Positions 27,901 to 37,500 of a stretch of DNA of 64,000 bases are shown here, one piece after another. The DNA is taken from assembly GCA_965226055.1 (NCBI GenBank), contig CBDDCA010000003.1, forward strand, positions 19,954-83,953, written 5' to 3'. This DNA is from Spirochaetia bacterium. GTDB taxonomy: Bacteria; Spirochaetota; Spirochaetia; WTKD01; G963693115. How positions within the stretch are numbered: the first letter of the stretch is position 1; every line of letters begins with the position of its first letter. Under the pieces are notes generated by a model, which saw only the letters and a program-made list of their open reading frames with translations, was not told where the DNA came from and made no database searches. The position numbers were made by a program, and so were the translations under genes.

Positions 27901-28295
27901 CCTATGAGGTAGTAGTGCAGGCAGTCAACTCTATTGATACAAGAAAAAAATCTACAGGCATACGAATAGAAGTTACTACTTTAGTAACGCTTAATGAATT
28001 AGTATTTAAGGTAAAGGGAAATAAAGTTACTTATGAATGGGTACATTACCCTGAAACTGCAAATATTGAAATAGAACAAACGCCATACGCAACAGGTAAA
28101 TATTCAATAAGTCCCAACCTCACAGCAGACACTGGACTGTCCTTTGATACAAAAACAGGCAGGATATACGGACAACCCACGAAATCGCTTAAAACCTTCA
28201 ATGCTCGTAAATACTACACAGTAAAATTTACTGCAAACGATGGACGAATAGCACGGGGTACAATTCTCTTAAAAGTAACAAGAAATAACTACTAA
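21984..28295 (+). CDS. Giant surface lipoprotein with 16 tandem FN3-like domains and a C-terminal Ig-like (He_PIG-type) domain
   Basis: 2103-aa ORF. AGGAGG SD, signal peptide and lipobox (FSLFTC). The roughly 121-aa units have an FN3-like pattern (...SWTAP...Y.VYRV...L...[11 protein letters not shown]...). The C-terminal SPNLTADTGLSFDTKTGRIYGQP pattern is typical of putative Ig domains. Confidence 0.8.
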   Translation: MKLLNISYIFFIVFVFSLFTCENDNVGSGGSNNAIDLSSVASPPLDVTNITNSIVNGNIVLKWQVPALTTNLKRKDGKTLTKADISYKVYRVVKGAKSRTIAQIKTVDKKPITVAKGTTSTTISNLTGNTTYEIVVQAVNSTDTTKVSTGVRAEVTTLSSATAPAEVSTITAGSTTASSTVISWTAPTLDTSHKKADGTALTKADVSYKVYRVAKGSDERTVAQIKSADTSPLAVAKGTTSTTISNLTGSTTYEIVVQAVNSTDATKASIGKRIEVTTTVIINQATAPAEASTITAGSTTASSTVISWTAPTLDTSHKKADGTALIKADVSYKVYRVAKGSDERTVAQIKTADTSPLAVAKGTTSTTISNLTGNTTYEIVVQAVNSTDTTKASIGKRIEVTTTNPATAPAEVSAITAGSTTASSTTLSWTAPTLDTSHKKADGTALTKADVSYKVYRVAKGSDERTVAQIKTADTSPLAVTKGTISKTINNLTGSTTYEIVVQAVNSTDITKASTGKRIEVTTLNPANAPTEVSTITASSTTASSTVISWTAPTLTTSHKKADGGRLTTADVSYKIYRVAKGSKARTVAEIKRVDPTPLKVTKGTTRITITNLNYNTAYEIVVQAVNSTDTTKVSTGIRKEVTTNRIPNIATAPTEVTNITAGSTTASSTVISWTAPTLTNSHKKANGQNLTTADVSYKIYRVAKGSDERTVAQIKTADTTPIAVAKGTTRTTISNLTGSTIYEIVVQAVNSTDTTKVSTGVRAEVTTLNPANAPAEVSNVTAGSTTDKRIEVTWQAPTLTNDHKKANGETLTTADVFYKVYRVAKGSDERTVAEIKTADTSPLEVARGITTVFIPNLTGSTTYEIVVQAVNSTDTTKASTGVRAEVTTTNPANAPAEVSNITVGSTTASSTTLSWTAPTLDNSHKKANGETLTTADVSYKVYRVAKGKNARDVAEIKTADKSPLAVAKGTISKTINNLAGSTTYEIVVQAVNSTDTTKASTGVRAEVTTLSSATAPAEVSNVSAGSTTASSTVISWTAPTLDNSHKKADGTALTKADVSYKVYRVAKGSDERTVAEIKTADKSPLAVTKGTISKTINNLTGSTTYEIVVQAVNSTDTTKVSTGKRIEVTTSNPANAPAEVSNVSAGSTTASSTVISWTAPTLDTSHKKADGTALTKADVSYKVYRVAKGSDERTVAEIKTADKSPLAVTKGTISKTISNLTGSTTYEIVVQAVNSTDTTKVSTGVRAEVTTLSSATAPAEVSNVSAGSTTASSTVISWTAPTLDTSHKKADGTALTKADVSYKVYRVAKGKNARDVAEIKTADKSPLAVTKGTISKTISNLTGSTTYEIVVQAVNSTDTTKASTGKRIEVTTLNPANAPAEVSNVSAGSTTASSTVISWTAPTLDNSHKKADGTALTKADVSYKVYRVAKGSDERTVAEIKTADKSPLAVTKGTISKTINNLTGSTTYEIVVQAVNSTDTTKVSTGVRAEVTTLSSATAPAEVSNVSAGSTTASSTTISWTAPTLDNSHKKADGTALTKADVSYKVYRVAKGKNARDVAEIKTADKSPLAVTKGTISKTISNLTGSTTYEIVVQAVNSTDTTKASTGKRIEVTTTNPANAPAEVSNITAGNLIAGTPYSTGITISWTAPTLDNSHKKADGTALTTADVSYKVYRVAERWNNPRTVAQIKTADTSPLEVTQNTTSINITNLVLYETYEIVVQAVNSTDTTKISTGIKKNITLNSNATDPAEVNNVTGTPADKSARISWEAPTLKSSHKKSDGTQLTTAEVSYKVYAARRKRDEYGVYYKERTVAQIIAGGHPISLPAGTTSTNINTIAKDIVFIPKNKYEIVVQAVNVTDTSKVSTGVRIEITTISTNHATAPPDPRSVLSYAAKPSNRAVTISWITSTLTNNHKKPDGTKLAKTDIDYYVYHLEKASISKTVEQIKNRKPIPILVLNGATNVVISNLKPNTTYEVVVQAVNSIDTRKKSTGIRIEVTTLVTLNELVFKVKGNKVTYEWVHYPETANIEIEQTPYATGKYSISPNLTADTGLSFDTKTGRIYGQPTKSLKTFNARKYYTVKFTANDGRIARGTILLKVTRNNY
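22095..27985 (+). repeat. Tandem 363-bp coding repeats (16 units)
   Basis: The period is visible in both protein and DNA. The central units (about 24960-26830) share stretches of more than 200 nt of perfect identity, for example 25098-25315 versus 26187-26404. Confidence 0.9.
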
Positions 28296-28451
28296 TACAT
28301 ATATATTGTATATAATTAAGTAGTGTAATGATGGTAGAATTTGTATATTTTTCTCCTAATAAATGCAGATATTAGAGTATAATTTTTTCTATCATCTTTA
28401 CACTTTGAAAAAGAATAATTTTTGAATAGGAGGCTGCAATGAAATTATTGA

Positions 28452-29018
28452 ATGGTATCATATTATATTTTTATCGTTCTTGTGTTTTTACTGTTTACTT
28501 GCGAAGGCAACAAGGTAGGTAGCACTAAAGGTAACCCTGCCACCGCACCGCCAGAGGCAAGCAGTGTTACAGGAAGTCCCACCGATAACAGTGTAAGGGT
28601 ATCATGGACAGCTCCAACGCTTGATAATAATCATAAGACAGCAGACACAAGCCCGCTAGCAGTAGCAAAGGGAACAACAAGTATAAATATAACTAATCTT
28701 ACAACTACTACCACCTATGAAGTAGTAGTACAGGCAGTCAATGCAACAGATACCACAAAAGTCTCTACAGGAATAAAAACAGAAGTAACTACTCTTAGTT
28801 CTCTTAATTTAGTTTTGAAGAAAGGCAGTACTATAGAAACAGAAGTAAACATAAGGATAAATTCTGTTGGTGTTAATGTTCGTTCAATAGTAACACCGAA
28901 TGTAAGTGGTACATTTTTTATTTCTCCTAATTTAACGAAAAATACTGGAATTTTATTTAATACTAATACTGGCATACTATCGGGGTTAGTACATTTAAGT
29001 AGTATTTTACTATATTGA
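28452..29018 (+). pseudogene. Degraded mini-paralog of the FN3 lipoprotein family
   Basis: The 188-aa ORF retains a lipobox (LLFTC), one internally deleted FN3 unit and a truncated Ig-like tail. The SD-proximal ATG (28439) is out of frame because of a 1-nt indel relative to the 21984 gene. Confidence 0.55.
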
Positions 29019-29050
29019 TATGATTAAATATATGGTACTTTAGTATTACC

Positions 29051-29089
29051 TTTAGTAGACACAGCATTATTTATGCTGTGTCTACTAAA
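29051..29089 (+). terminator. 16-bp perfect stem hairpin downstream of an FN3-family gene (putative terminator)
   Basis: TTTAGTAGACACAGCA-TTATTTA-TGCTGTGTCTACTAAA. There is no clear U-tract. An identical copy is at 38195-38233. Confidence 0.45.
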
Positions 29090-29197
29090 TTACCGAAAGC
29101 AAAAGAGCTAATTTTTATAAAATCGGTAAGTATTTATTGCAGGTACATATAAAATAACTTCTACTAAGCATATTTGAGAAAGGAGTTTTGTTATCTC

Positions 29198-29239
29198 ATG
29201 TATACCTTTGGTAGCACTCAATTCAGATATTTTATGTAA
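29198..29239 (+). promoter_or_regulatory. Conserved 13-codon upstream ORF (MYTFGSTQFRYFM*), copy 2
   Basis: AAAGGAG lies 12 nt upstream of the ATG. Same frame and stop as copies 1 and 3. Confidence 0.3.
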
Positions 29240-29296
29240 TTAGTACTTAAAATTGAGAATAGAAGGCCATCTCTTTAAAAAAACAGGTGTTTTGGT

Positions 29297-29325
29297 ATTG
29301 CGTTTTTTTGTATTTCTTTGTATAT
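29297..29325 (+). promoter_or_regulatory. Putative promoter TTGCGT-N17-TATATT with interrupted T-tract (T7)
   Basis: Homologous position to the T13 and T15 promoters. Here the spacer reads TTTTTTGTATTTCTTTG. Confidence 0.4.
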
Positions 29326-29378
29326 TATATCTATCTTTATTCAAAATTCAAGCGTTAAGTTTGAAAAAGGAGAAAAAT

Positions 29379-31190
29379 ATGAAAACAAATCATATATATT
29401 TTATTATTTTTAGTGTTTTTATTATTTTGATAAGTGCTTGTGAAGCTGAGATTCCGACTATTGATAACAGTAGGAATGATGCTTCCTCTGCGACTGCACC
29501 AGCAGAGGCAAGCAATGTTACAGGAAGCCCAACCAATACAAGTGCAAGTATATCCTGGCAAGCCCCAACGCTTACAAGCAGTCATAAGAAAGCAGACGGA
29601 ACACAGCTGACAAAGGCAGATGTATCTTACAAAGTATACCGAGTAGCAAAAGGAGCAAAGAGCCGAACAATAGCACAGATTAAAGAAGCGGACACGAAAC
29701 CGATTGAAGTAGCAAAGGGAACAACAAGCACAAGTATAACTAATCTTACTAGAAGTACGACCTATGAAATAGTAGTACAAGCAGTCAATGCCACCGACCC
29801 CACAAAAGTCTCTACAGGTATACGAATAGAAGTAACTACACTTGCCACAAATCAAGCAACAGCACCAGCAGACGTCCGTGTTGTTACAGGAAGCCGCTCT
29901 ACTGATACCAGTACATTGATAAGATGGCTACCCCCAACGCTTGATACTAGCCACAAGAAAGCAGACGGCACAGCACTGACAAAGGCAGATGTATCTTACA
30001 AAGTGTATCGAGTAGCAAAGGGAAGTGATGAGCGAACAGTAGCAGAGATTAAGACAGCAGACACAAGCCCGTTAGCAGTAACAAAGGGAACAACAAGTAC
30101 AACTATAAGTAACCTTACAGGAAATACAACATACGAGATAGTAGTACAAGCAGTCAATTCCACTGCCCCCACAAAAGTCTCTACAGGCATACGAATAGAA
30201 ATAACTACCCTTGCCTCTATTAGCATGAGAGCAAAGCAACAAGGAAGCAGCAGTACATTTACTACTTTGTCAGCAACAGCACAAGGAAAAGACGGAACAA
30301 CAGAAATTACTCCTATTGTAATGGAAGTAACGCCCAGTAGTGTAGTAAGCAGTGGTACATTTTCAATCAGCCCCAGCCTAACAGAAAATACAGGCATTTC
30401 TTTCAATACCAGCAACGGCACAATATCAGGGGTAGCGAAATATATACAGAGTGAAACTACTTATACAATAACCTTTACAGCGACAGACCGCAGAACAGCA
30501 CAGACCACTATTGATATTACTGTAGTGGGAAAATATAGCCCGAAAAGTAGAGCCGATTTAATTACACTAATACAGGATATAATGGACACCGATGACAACG
30601 GGAAAATAGATGATATTGACCCCGACTTAAACATTATTGATACAAGTAATATTACAGATATGACCAAATTATTTAGCACGAGAACAAAATTACATGTATT
30701 TAATGGGGATATATCAAAATGGGATGTAAGTAATGTAACTACTATGTTTACCATGTTTGCCAGTAATAAGGTATTTAATGGGGATATATCAAACTGGAAT
30801 GTAAGTAAAGTAACCGATATGGACGGGATGTTTAATAATGCTATAAAGTTTAATGGGGATATATCAAACTGGAAAGTAGGGAAAGTAACGAATATGGACA
30901 GGATGTTTTTTAATGCAACAGCATTTAATGGTGACATATCAAAATGGGATGTAAGCAAAGTAACGGATATGAGCCTTATGTTTCATCAAGCCTCTGCATT
31001 TAATAAGGATATATCAGACTGGAATGTAGAGAGTGTAACCAATATGTTTGGAATGTTTAATCTAGCGACTTCATTTACTAAAGATTTAGAAGCATGGGGG
31101 GAACATATAGGGGATAGTGTAGATATGTCCTTAATGTTTGATGGCAGTGGAGTAAAGACAACGCCTTCATGGTATAAAAGTGGAAATTAA
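29379..31190 (+). CDS. Surface lipoprotein: 2 FN3-like units + Ig-like domain + C-terminal DUF285 (BspA-like) repeats
   Basis: AAGGAG SD plus ATG at 29379 ([21 protein letters not shown] lipobox); the track ORF start 29253 reads through the leader. Five to six repeats of about 25 aa, FNGDISxW(D/N)VSxVTxMxxMF, are typical of DUF285. Confidence 0.8.
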   Translation: MKTNHIYFIIFSVFIILISACEAEIPTIDNSRNDASSATAPAEASNVTGSPTNTSASISWQAPTLTSSHKKADGTQLTKADVSYKVYRVAKGAKSRTIAQIKEADTKPIEVAKGTTSTSITNLTRSTTYEIVVQAVNATDPTKVSTGIRIEVTTLATNQATAPADVRVVTGSRSTDTSTLIRWLPPTLDTSHKKADGTALTKADVSYKVYRVAKGSDERTVAEIKTADTSPLAVTKGTTSTTISNLTGNTTYEIVVQAVNSTAPTKVSTGIRIEITTLASISMRAKQQGSSSTFTTLSATAQGKDGTTEITPIVMEVTPSSVVSSGTFSISPSLTENTGISFNTSNGTISGVAKYIQSETTYTITFTATDRRTAQTTIDITVVGKYSPKSRADLITLIQDIMDTDDNGKIDDIDPDLNIIDTSNITDMTKLFSTRTKLHVFNGDISKWDVSNVTTMFTMFASNKVFNGDISNWNVSKVTDMDGMFNNAIKFNGDISNWKVGKVTNMDRMFFNATAFNGDISKWDVSKVTDMSLMFHQASAFNKDISDWNVESVTNMFGMFNLATSFTKDLEAWGEHIGDSVDMSLMFDGSGVKTTPSWYKSGN

Positions 31191-31368
31191 AGTATAGTAA
31201 ACTTGTGTAGGGATGAGAAATATAAAATCTTTATTATATTACTAATGCAGATGTTTGTTATTCTTATCTTTTCAATCATCCCTACACTTTAGTAAGTTTA
31301 TATAAGATGAGAAAACTGTTATTACTATTACAAATTGAGCATATTTGAGAAAGGAGTTTTGCTATCTC

Positions 31369-31410
31369 GTGTATACCTTTGGTAAAACTCCATTCAGATA
31401 TTTTATGTAA
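31369..31410 (+). promoter_or_regulatory. Conserved 13-codon upstream ORF (GTG start, (M)YTFGKTPFRYFM*), copy 3
   Basis: Same length, frame and stop as the other copies. Two codons differ, both nonsynonymous. Confidence 0.3.
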
Positions 31411-31467
31411 ATAGCACTTAAAATTGAGAATAAAAGGCTATTTTTTAAGAAAATAGGTGTTTTGCTA

Positions 31468-31498
31468 TTGCGGTTTTTTTTTTTTTTTGTTGTATAAT
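31468..31498 (+). promoter_or_regulatory. Putative promoter TTGCGG-N19-TATAAT with T15 homopolymer spacer
   Basis: -35-like hexamer at 31468-31473, T15 at 31474-31488, -10 TATAAT at 31493-31498. It lies upstream of the SD+ATG at 31550. Confidence 0.45.
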
Positions 31499-31549
31499 AA
31501 TATATCTGCATCTAAAATGCAAGTATTAAGTTTGAAAAAGGAGTAAAAT

Positions 31550-34500
31550 ATGAAAATAAACCATATATATTTTATTGTTTTTAGTGTTTTTATTATTTTG
31601 ATAAGTGCTTGTGAAGCTGATATCTCGACTAGCTCTAGTAGTGGGGGGAGTACACTATCTTCTGCAACTGCACCATTAGAGGTAAGCAATGTTACAGGAA
31701 ATCCTACCGACAGAAGTATTATATTGAAGTGGCAAGCCCCAACGCTTACAAGCAGTCATAAGAAAGCAGACGGAACACAGCTAACAAAGGCAGATGTATC
31801 GCATAAGGTTTTTATAGTAGAAAAAGGATCACAGAGCCGAACAGTAGAGAATATTATAGCTTTAGATAAATCGCCTATTGAGGTAAAAAAAGGAATAGTA
31901 ACAGTAAATATAAATGATCGAAAGCCCAATACCACCTATGAAATAGTAGTACAAGCGGTCAATTCTACCGATACCACAAAAGTCTCTAAAGGAATGAGAG
32001 TAGAAGTGACTACCCTTACCACTGATCACGCAACAGCACCTCCAGAAGCAAGCGATGTTACAGGAAGTCCTATCGATACAAGTGCAAGAATAACATGGCA
32101 AGCCCCAAATCTTACCGATAGCCATAAGAAAGCAGATGGCACAGCACTCACAACGGCAGATGTATCGTACAAAGTGTATCGGGTAGCAAAGGGAAGCGAT
32201 GAGCGAACAGTAGCAGAGATTAAGACAGCAGATAAGACTCCGCTTGAAGTAGCAAAAGGAACGACAAGTATAAATATAACTAACCTTAATAAAAATACTG
32301 CTTATGAAGTAGTAGTACAATCAGTCAATTCCACCGATACCACAAAAGTCTCTACAGGAGTAAGAATAGAAGTAACTACCCTTGCACAGAATCATGCAAC
32401 CGCACCAGCAGATGCAAGCAGTGTTGCAGGAAGCCCAGACAATGACAGTGTAGCGGTATCATGGCAAGCCCCAAATCTTACCGATAGCCATAAGAAAGCA
32501 GACGGCACACAACTCACAACGGCAGATGTATCTTACAAAGTATACCGAGTAGCAAAGGGAAGCGATGAGCGAACAGTAGCAGAGATTAAAACAGCAGACA
32601 CGACACCGATTGAAGTAGCAAAAGGAACAACAAGCACAACTATAAATAATCTTATTGGAAGTACTACCTATGAAATAGTAGTACAAGCAGTCAATTCCAC
32701 CGACTCTACAAAAGCCTCTACAGGCATACGAATAGAAGTAGCTACCACGAACCCCGCCACTGCACCAGCAGACGCCCGCAGTGTTGCAGGAAGCCCAGCC
32801 GATACCAGCGCAAGAATAACATGGCAAGCGCCAGCGCTTACAGGCAGTCATAAAAAAGCAAACGGACAAAGACTCACAGAGGCAGATGTATCTTACAAAG
32901 TATACCGAGTAGTAAAGGGAAACGGTGTCCGAACAGTAGCAGCGATTAAAACAGCAGATAATAACCCGCTAGCAGTAGCAAAGGGAACAACAAGTACAAA
33001 TATAACCAGTCTTACCCCTGCTACCACCTATGAAATAGTGGTACAAGCAGTCAATTCCACCGATACCACAAAAGTCTCTACAGGCAAACGAATAGAAGTA
33101 ACTACCCTTGCAAATAATCACGCAACAGCACCAGCAGACGCAAGCAGTGTTGTAGGAAGCCCAGCCGATGACAGTGTAGGGGTATCATGGCAAGCCCCAG
33201 CCTTTACAAGTAGTCATAAGAAAGCAGACGGAACACAACTCACAAAGGCAGATGTATATTACAAAGTATACCGAGTAGTAAAGGGAGCAAAGAGCAGAAC
33301 AATAGCAGAGATTAAAGAAGCAGACAAGACCCCGATGGAAGTAGCAAAGGGAACAACAAGCACAACTATAACTAATCTTACAGGAAGTACCACCTATGAA
33401 ATAGTAGTACAAGCAGTCAATTCCACCGACTCTACAAAAGCCTCTACAGGCATACGAATAGAAGTAGCTACCACGAACCCCGCCACTGCACCAGCAGACG
33501 CCCGCAGTGTTACCGCAGGAAGCACGACAGCCTCAAGTACAACTTTATCGTGGACAGATCCAACGCTTACTACTAGCCACAAGAAAGCAAATGGACAAAG
33601 ACTCACAACGGCAGATGTATCGTACAAAGTATATCGTGTAGCAAAAGGAAGGAATGCTCGAACAATAGCAGAGATTAAAACAGCAGATGGGACACCGCTA
33701 GCAGTAGCAAAGGGAACAAAAAGCACAACTATAACTAATCTTACAGGAAGTACTACCTATGAAATAGTAGTACAAGCAATCAACTCCACCGATACTACAA
33801 AAGTCTCTACAGGAGTGAGAATAGAAGTGACTACCACGAACCCTGCCACCGCGCCAGCAGATGCAAGCAGTGTTGCAGGAAATCCAACTGATGACAGTGT
33901 AGCGGTATCATGGACAGCCCCAGCTCTTACAAGCAGTCACAAGAAAGCAGATGGAACGAAACTCACAAAGGCAGATGTATCTTACAAAGTATATCGAGTA
34001 GCAAAGAATGGAGCAAACACTCGATCAATAGCACAGATTATAACAGCAGACAAGACCCCGCTTGAAGTAGTAAAAGGAACAACAAGTGCAACTATAACTA
34101 ATCTTACCCCTAGTACCACCTATGAAATAGTAGTACAAGCGATCAATTCTACCGATACCACAAAAACCTCTACAGGAGTAAGAATAGAAGTAACTACCGA
34201 TAACCTTGCCACCGCACCAGCAGAGGCAAGTAGTGTTACAGGAAGCCCAACCGATACTAGTGCAAGAATAACATGGCAAGCTCCAACGCTTACTACTAGC
34301 CATAAGAAAGCAGACGGACAAAGACTCACAACGGCAGATGTATCTTACAAAGTGTATCGAGTAGCAAAAGGAAGCGATGCCCGAACAATAGCAGAGATTA
34401 AAACAGCAGATAAGAACCCGCTAGCAGTAGCAAGGGGAACAACAAGCACAACTATAACCAGTCTTACCCCTAATACCACCTATGAAATAGTAGTACAAGC

Positions 34501-37500
34501 AGTCAATTTTACCGATACTACAAAAGTCTCTACAGGCAAACGAATAGAAGTAACTACCGTTGCACAGAATCATGCAACAGCACCAGCAGACGCAAGCAAT
34601 GTGAGAGGAATCCCAGACGATGACAGTATAGCGGTATCATGGCAAGCCCCAACGCTTACCGATAGCCACAAGAAACCAGACGGAACACAACTAACACAGG
34701 CAGATGTATACTACAAAGTATATCGTGCAGTAAAAGGAGCAAAGAGCCGAACAATAGCAGAGATTAAAACAGCAGATAAGACTCCGATAGCAGTAGCAAA
34801 AGGAATAACAAGTACAACTATAACTAATCTTACAGGAAGTACTACCTATGAAGTAGTGGTACAAGCAGTCAATTTCATCGATACTACAAAAGCCTCTACA
34901 GGCATACGAATAGAAGTAGTCACCACTAACCCCGCCACTGCACCAGCGGACGCAAGCAATGTGAGAGGAAGCTCTACCGATACAAGTGCAAGAATAACAT
35001 GGCAAGCCCCAGCACTTGATACTAGCCACAAAAAAGCAAACGGACAAAGCCTCACCACAGCAGATGTATCGTACAAAGTGTATCGGGTAGCAAAAGGAAA
35101 GAATGCTCGAACTATAGCAGCGATTAAAACAGCAGATAAGAACCCGATAGCAGTAGCAAAAGGAAAAACAAACACAAGTATAACTAATCTTACCCCTATT
35201 ACCACCTATGAAATAGTAGTGCAGGCAGTTAATACAACAGATATAACAAAAGCCTCTACAGGAGTGAGAATAGAAGTGACTACCAAGAACTCAGCAACCG
35301 CACCGTCAGAGGCAAGCAGTATTACAGGAAGCCTAAACGATGATGGGAGTGTAACGGTATCATGGACAGCCCCCACGCTTACAAGCAGTCACAAGAAAGC
35401 AAACGGACAAGCACTCACAAAAGCAGATGTATCGTACAAAGTGTATCGTGTAGAAAGGGGGGGGCGATTCAGAACAGTAGCAGCGATTAAAGCAGCAGAT
35501 CCGAACCCGCTAGCAGTAGGAAAAGGAACAACAAGTATAAATATAACTAATCTTAAGTCTAATGCTACCTATGAAGTAGTAGTGCAAGCAATCAATTCCA
35601 CCGATACCACAAAAGTCTCTACAGGAGTCAAAGAATTTGTATTTGTCACTAATCGTGCCACCGCACCGCCAGACATATCTAGTGTGGTGACAGGTAAAAC
35701 TGATAACAGCATAACACTAAACTGGTCAATTTTGCCTAGAGATAGTCATCAAAAGAGAAACGGACAAAGACTCACAGCGTCAGATATATCTTATAAAGTA
35801 TATCGTGTAGTAAAGGGAGCAAAGAGCCGAACAATAGCAGCGATTAAAGCAGCAGATAGGACCCCGCTAGCAGTAGCAAAGGGAACAACAAGTATAAATA
35901 TAACTAATCTTAATGAAAATACCACCTATGAAATAGTAGTACAAGCAGTCAATTCCACTGATACCACAAAAGTCTCTACAGGAGAAAAAGTAGAACTAAC
36001 TACCACTAATAATGCCACTGCACCGCCAGATGCTCGTAGTGTTACAGGAAGCCCAATCGATGACAGTATAACGGTATCATGGACAGCTCCAGATCTTACA
36101 AGCAGTCACAAAAAAACAGACGGACAAGCACTCACAGCGGCAGATGTATTGTATAAAGTATATCATATAGCAAAAGGAAAGGATGCCCGAACAATAGCAG
36201 AGATTAAAGCAGCAGATAAGAACCCGCTAGCAGTAGCAAAAGGAACAACAAGCACAACTATAACTAATCTTACTGGAAGTACTACCTATGAAATAGTAGT
36301 ACAAGCAGTCAATTCCACCGCTATTGCAAAAGTCTCTACAGGAGTAAGAATAGAAGTAACTACCACTAACTTAGCAACCGCACCAGCAGACGTCCGCGAT
36401 GTTACCGCAGAAAGTCTTATTGATACCAGTGCAACTATATCATGGAAAGATCCTGTTCTTACTAATAGTCACAAGAAATCAGACGGACAAACACTCACAA
36501 CGGCAGATGTATCGTATAAAGTGTATCGTGTGGTAAAGGGAGGCAGTGCCCGAACAATAGCAGCGATTAAAGCAGCAGATAATAACCCGCTAGCAGTAGC
36601 AAAGGGAATAACAAATACAAATATAACTAATCTTACCCATAATACTACCTATGAAGTAGTAGTACAAGCAGTCAATTCCACCGCTATTGCAAAAGTCTCT
36701 ACAGGAGTAAGAGTAGAAGTAACTACCACTAATAATGCCACCGCACCGCCAGATGCTCGCAGTGTTACAGTAGTAAGATCAACTGATGACAGTGTAGAGA
36801 TATCATGGCAAGCCCCAAATCTTACTGCTAGTCACAAGAAAACAAACGGGCAAAGGCTTACAGAGGCAGATGTATCGTACAAAGTATATCGTGTAACAAA
36901 GGGAAAGAATGCCCGATCAATAGCAGCGATTAAAACAGCAGATAATAACCCGATAGCAGTAGCAAAGGGAACAACAAGTACAACTATAACTAATCTTACA
37001 TTTAGTACCACCTATGAAATAGTAGTACAGGCAGTCAATGCAACATATACCACAAAAGTCTCTACAGGAATAAAAACAGAAGTAACTACTGTGTCCTATG
37101 CAACCGAACCAGCAGATGCCCGCAATGTTACCGCAGCAAGTATTACCAATAAAGCTGTAAAGGTATCATGGCAAGTCCCAGATATTACCGATAGTCACAA
37201 GAAACCAGACGGAACACAACTAACACAGGCAGATGTATCGTATAAGGTATATCATGTAGCAAAAAAGGGAACAAAGAAACGAACAGTAGCAGAGATTATA
37301 GCAGCAGATACTAGCCCGATAGAAGAAGCAGCAGTAGCAAAAGGAACGACAAGCACAAATGTAGATATAACTAATCTTACATTTAATACCACCTATGAAA
37401 TAGTAGTACAAGCAATCAATACAACAGATACTACAAAAGTTTCTACAGGGGTAAGAGTAGAAGTAATTGCTAACCCAGCAACAGCTCCCCCAGAGGTAAA

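Noticed and set aside
29253-29378. N-terminal extension of the FN3+DUF285 ORF (track start 29253), and similar extensions at 8587, 15544, 40379 and 54803
   Set aside because: The extensions read through conserved leader or repeat DNA or overlap neighbouring genes. Internal ATGs with SD sequences and signal peptides, or family-typical N-termini, are better starts.
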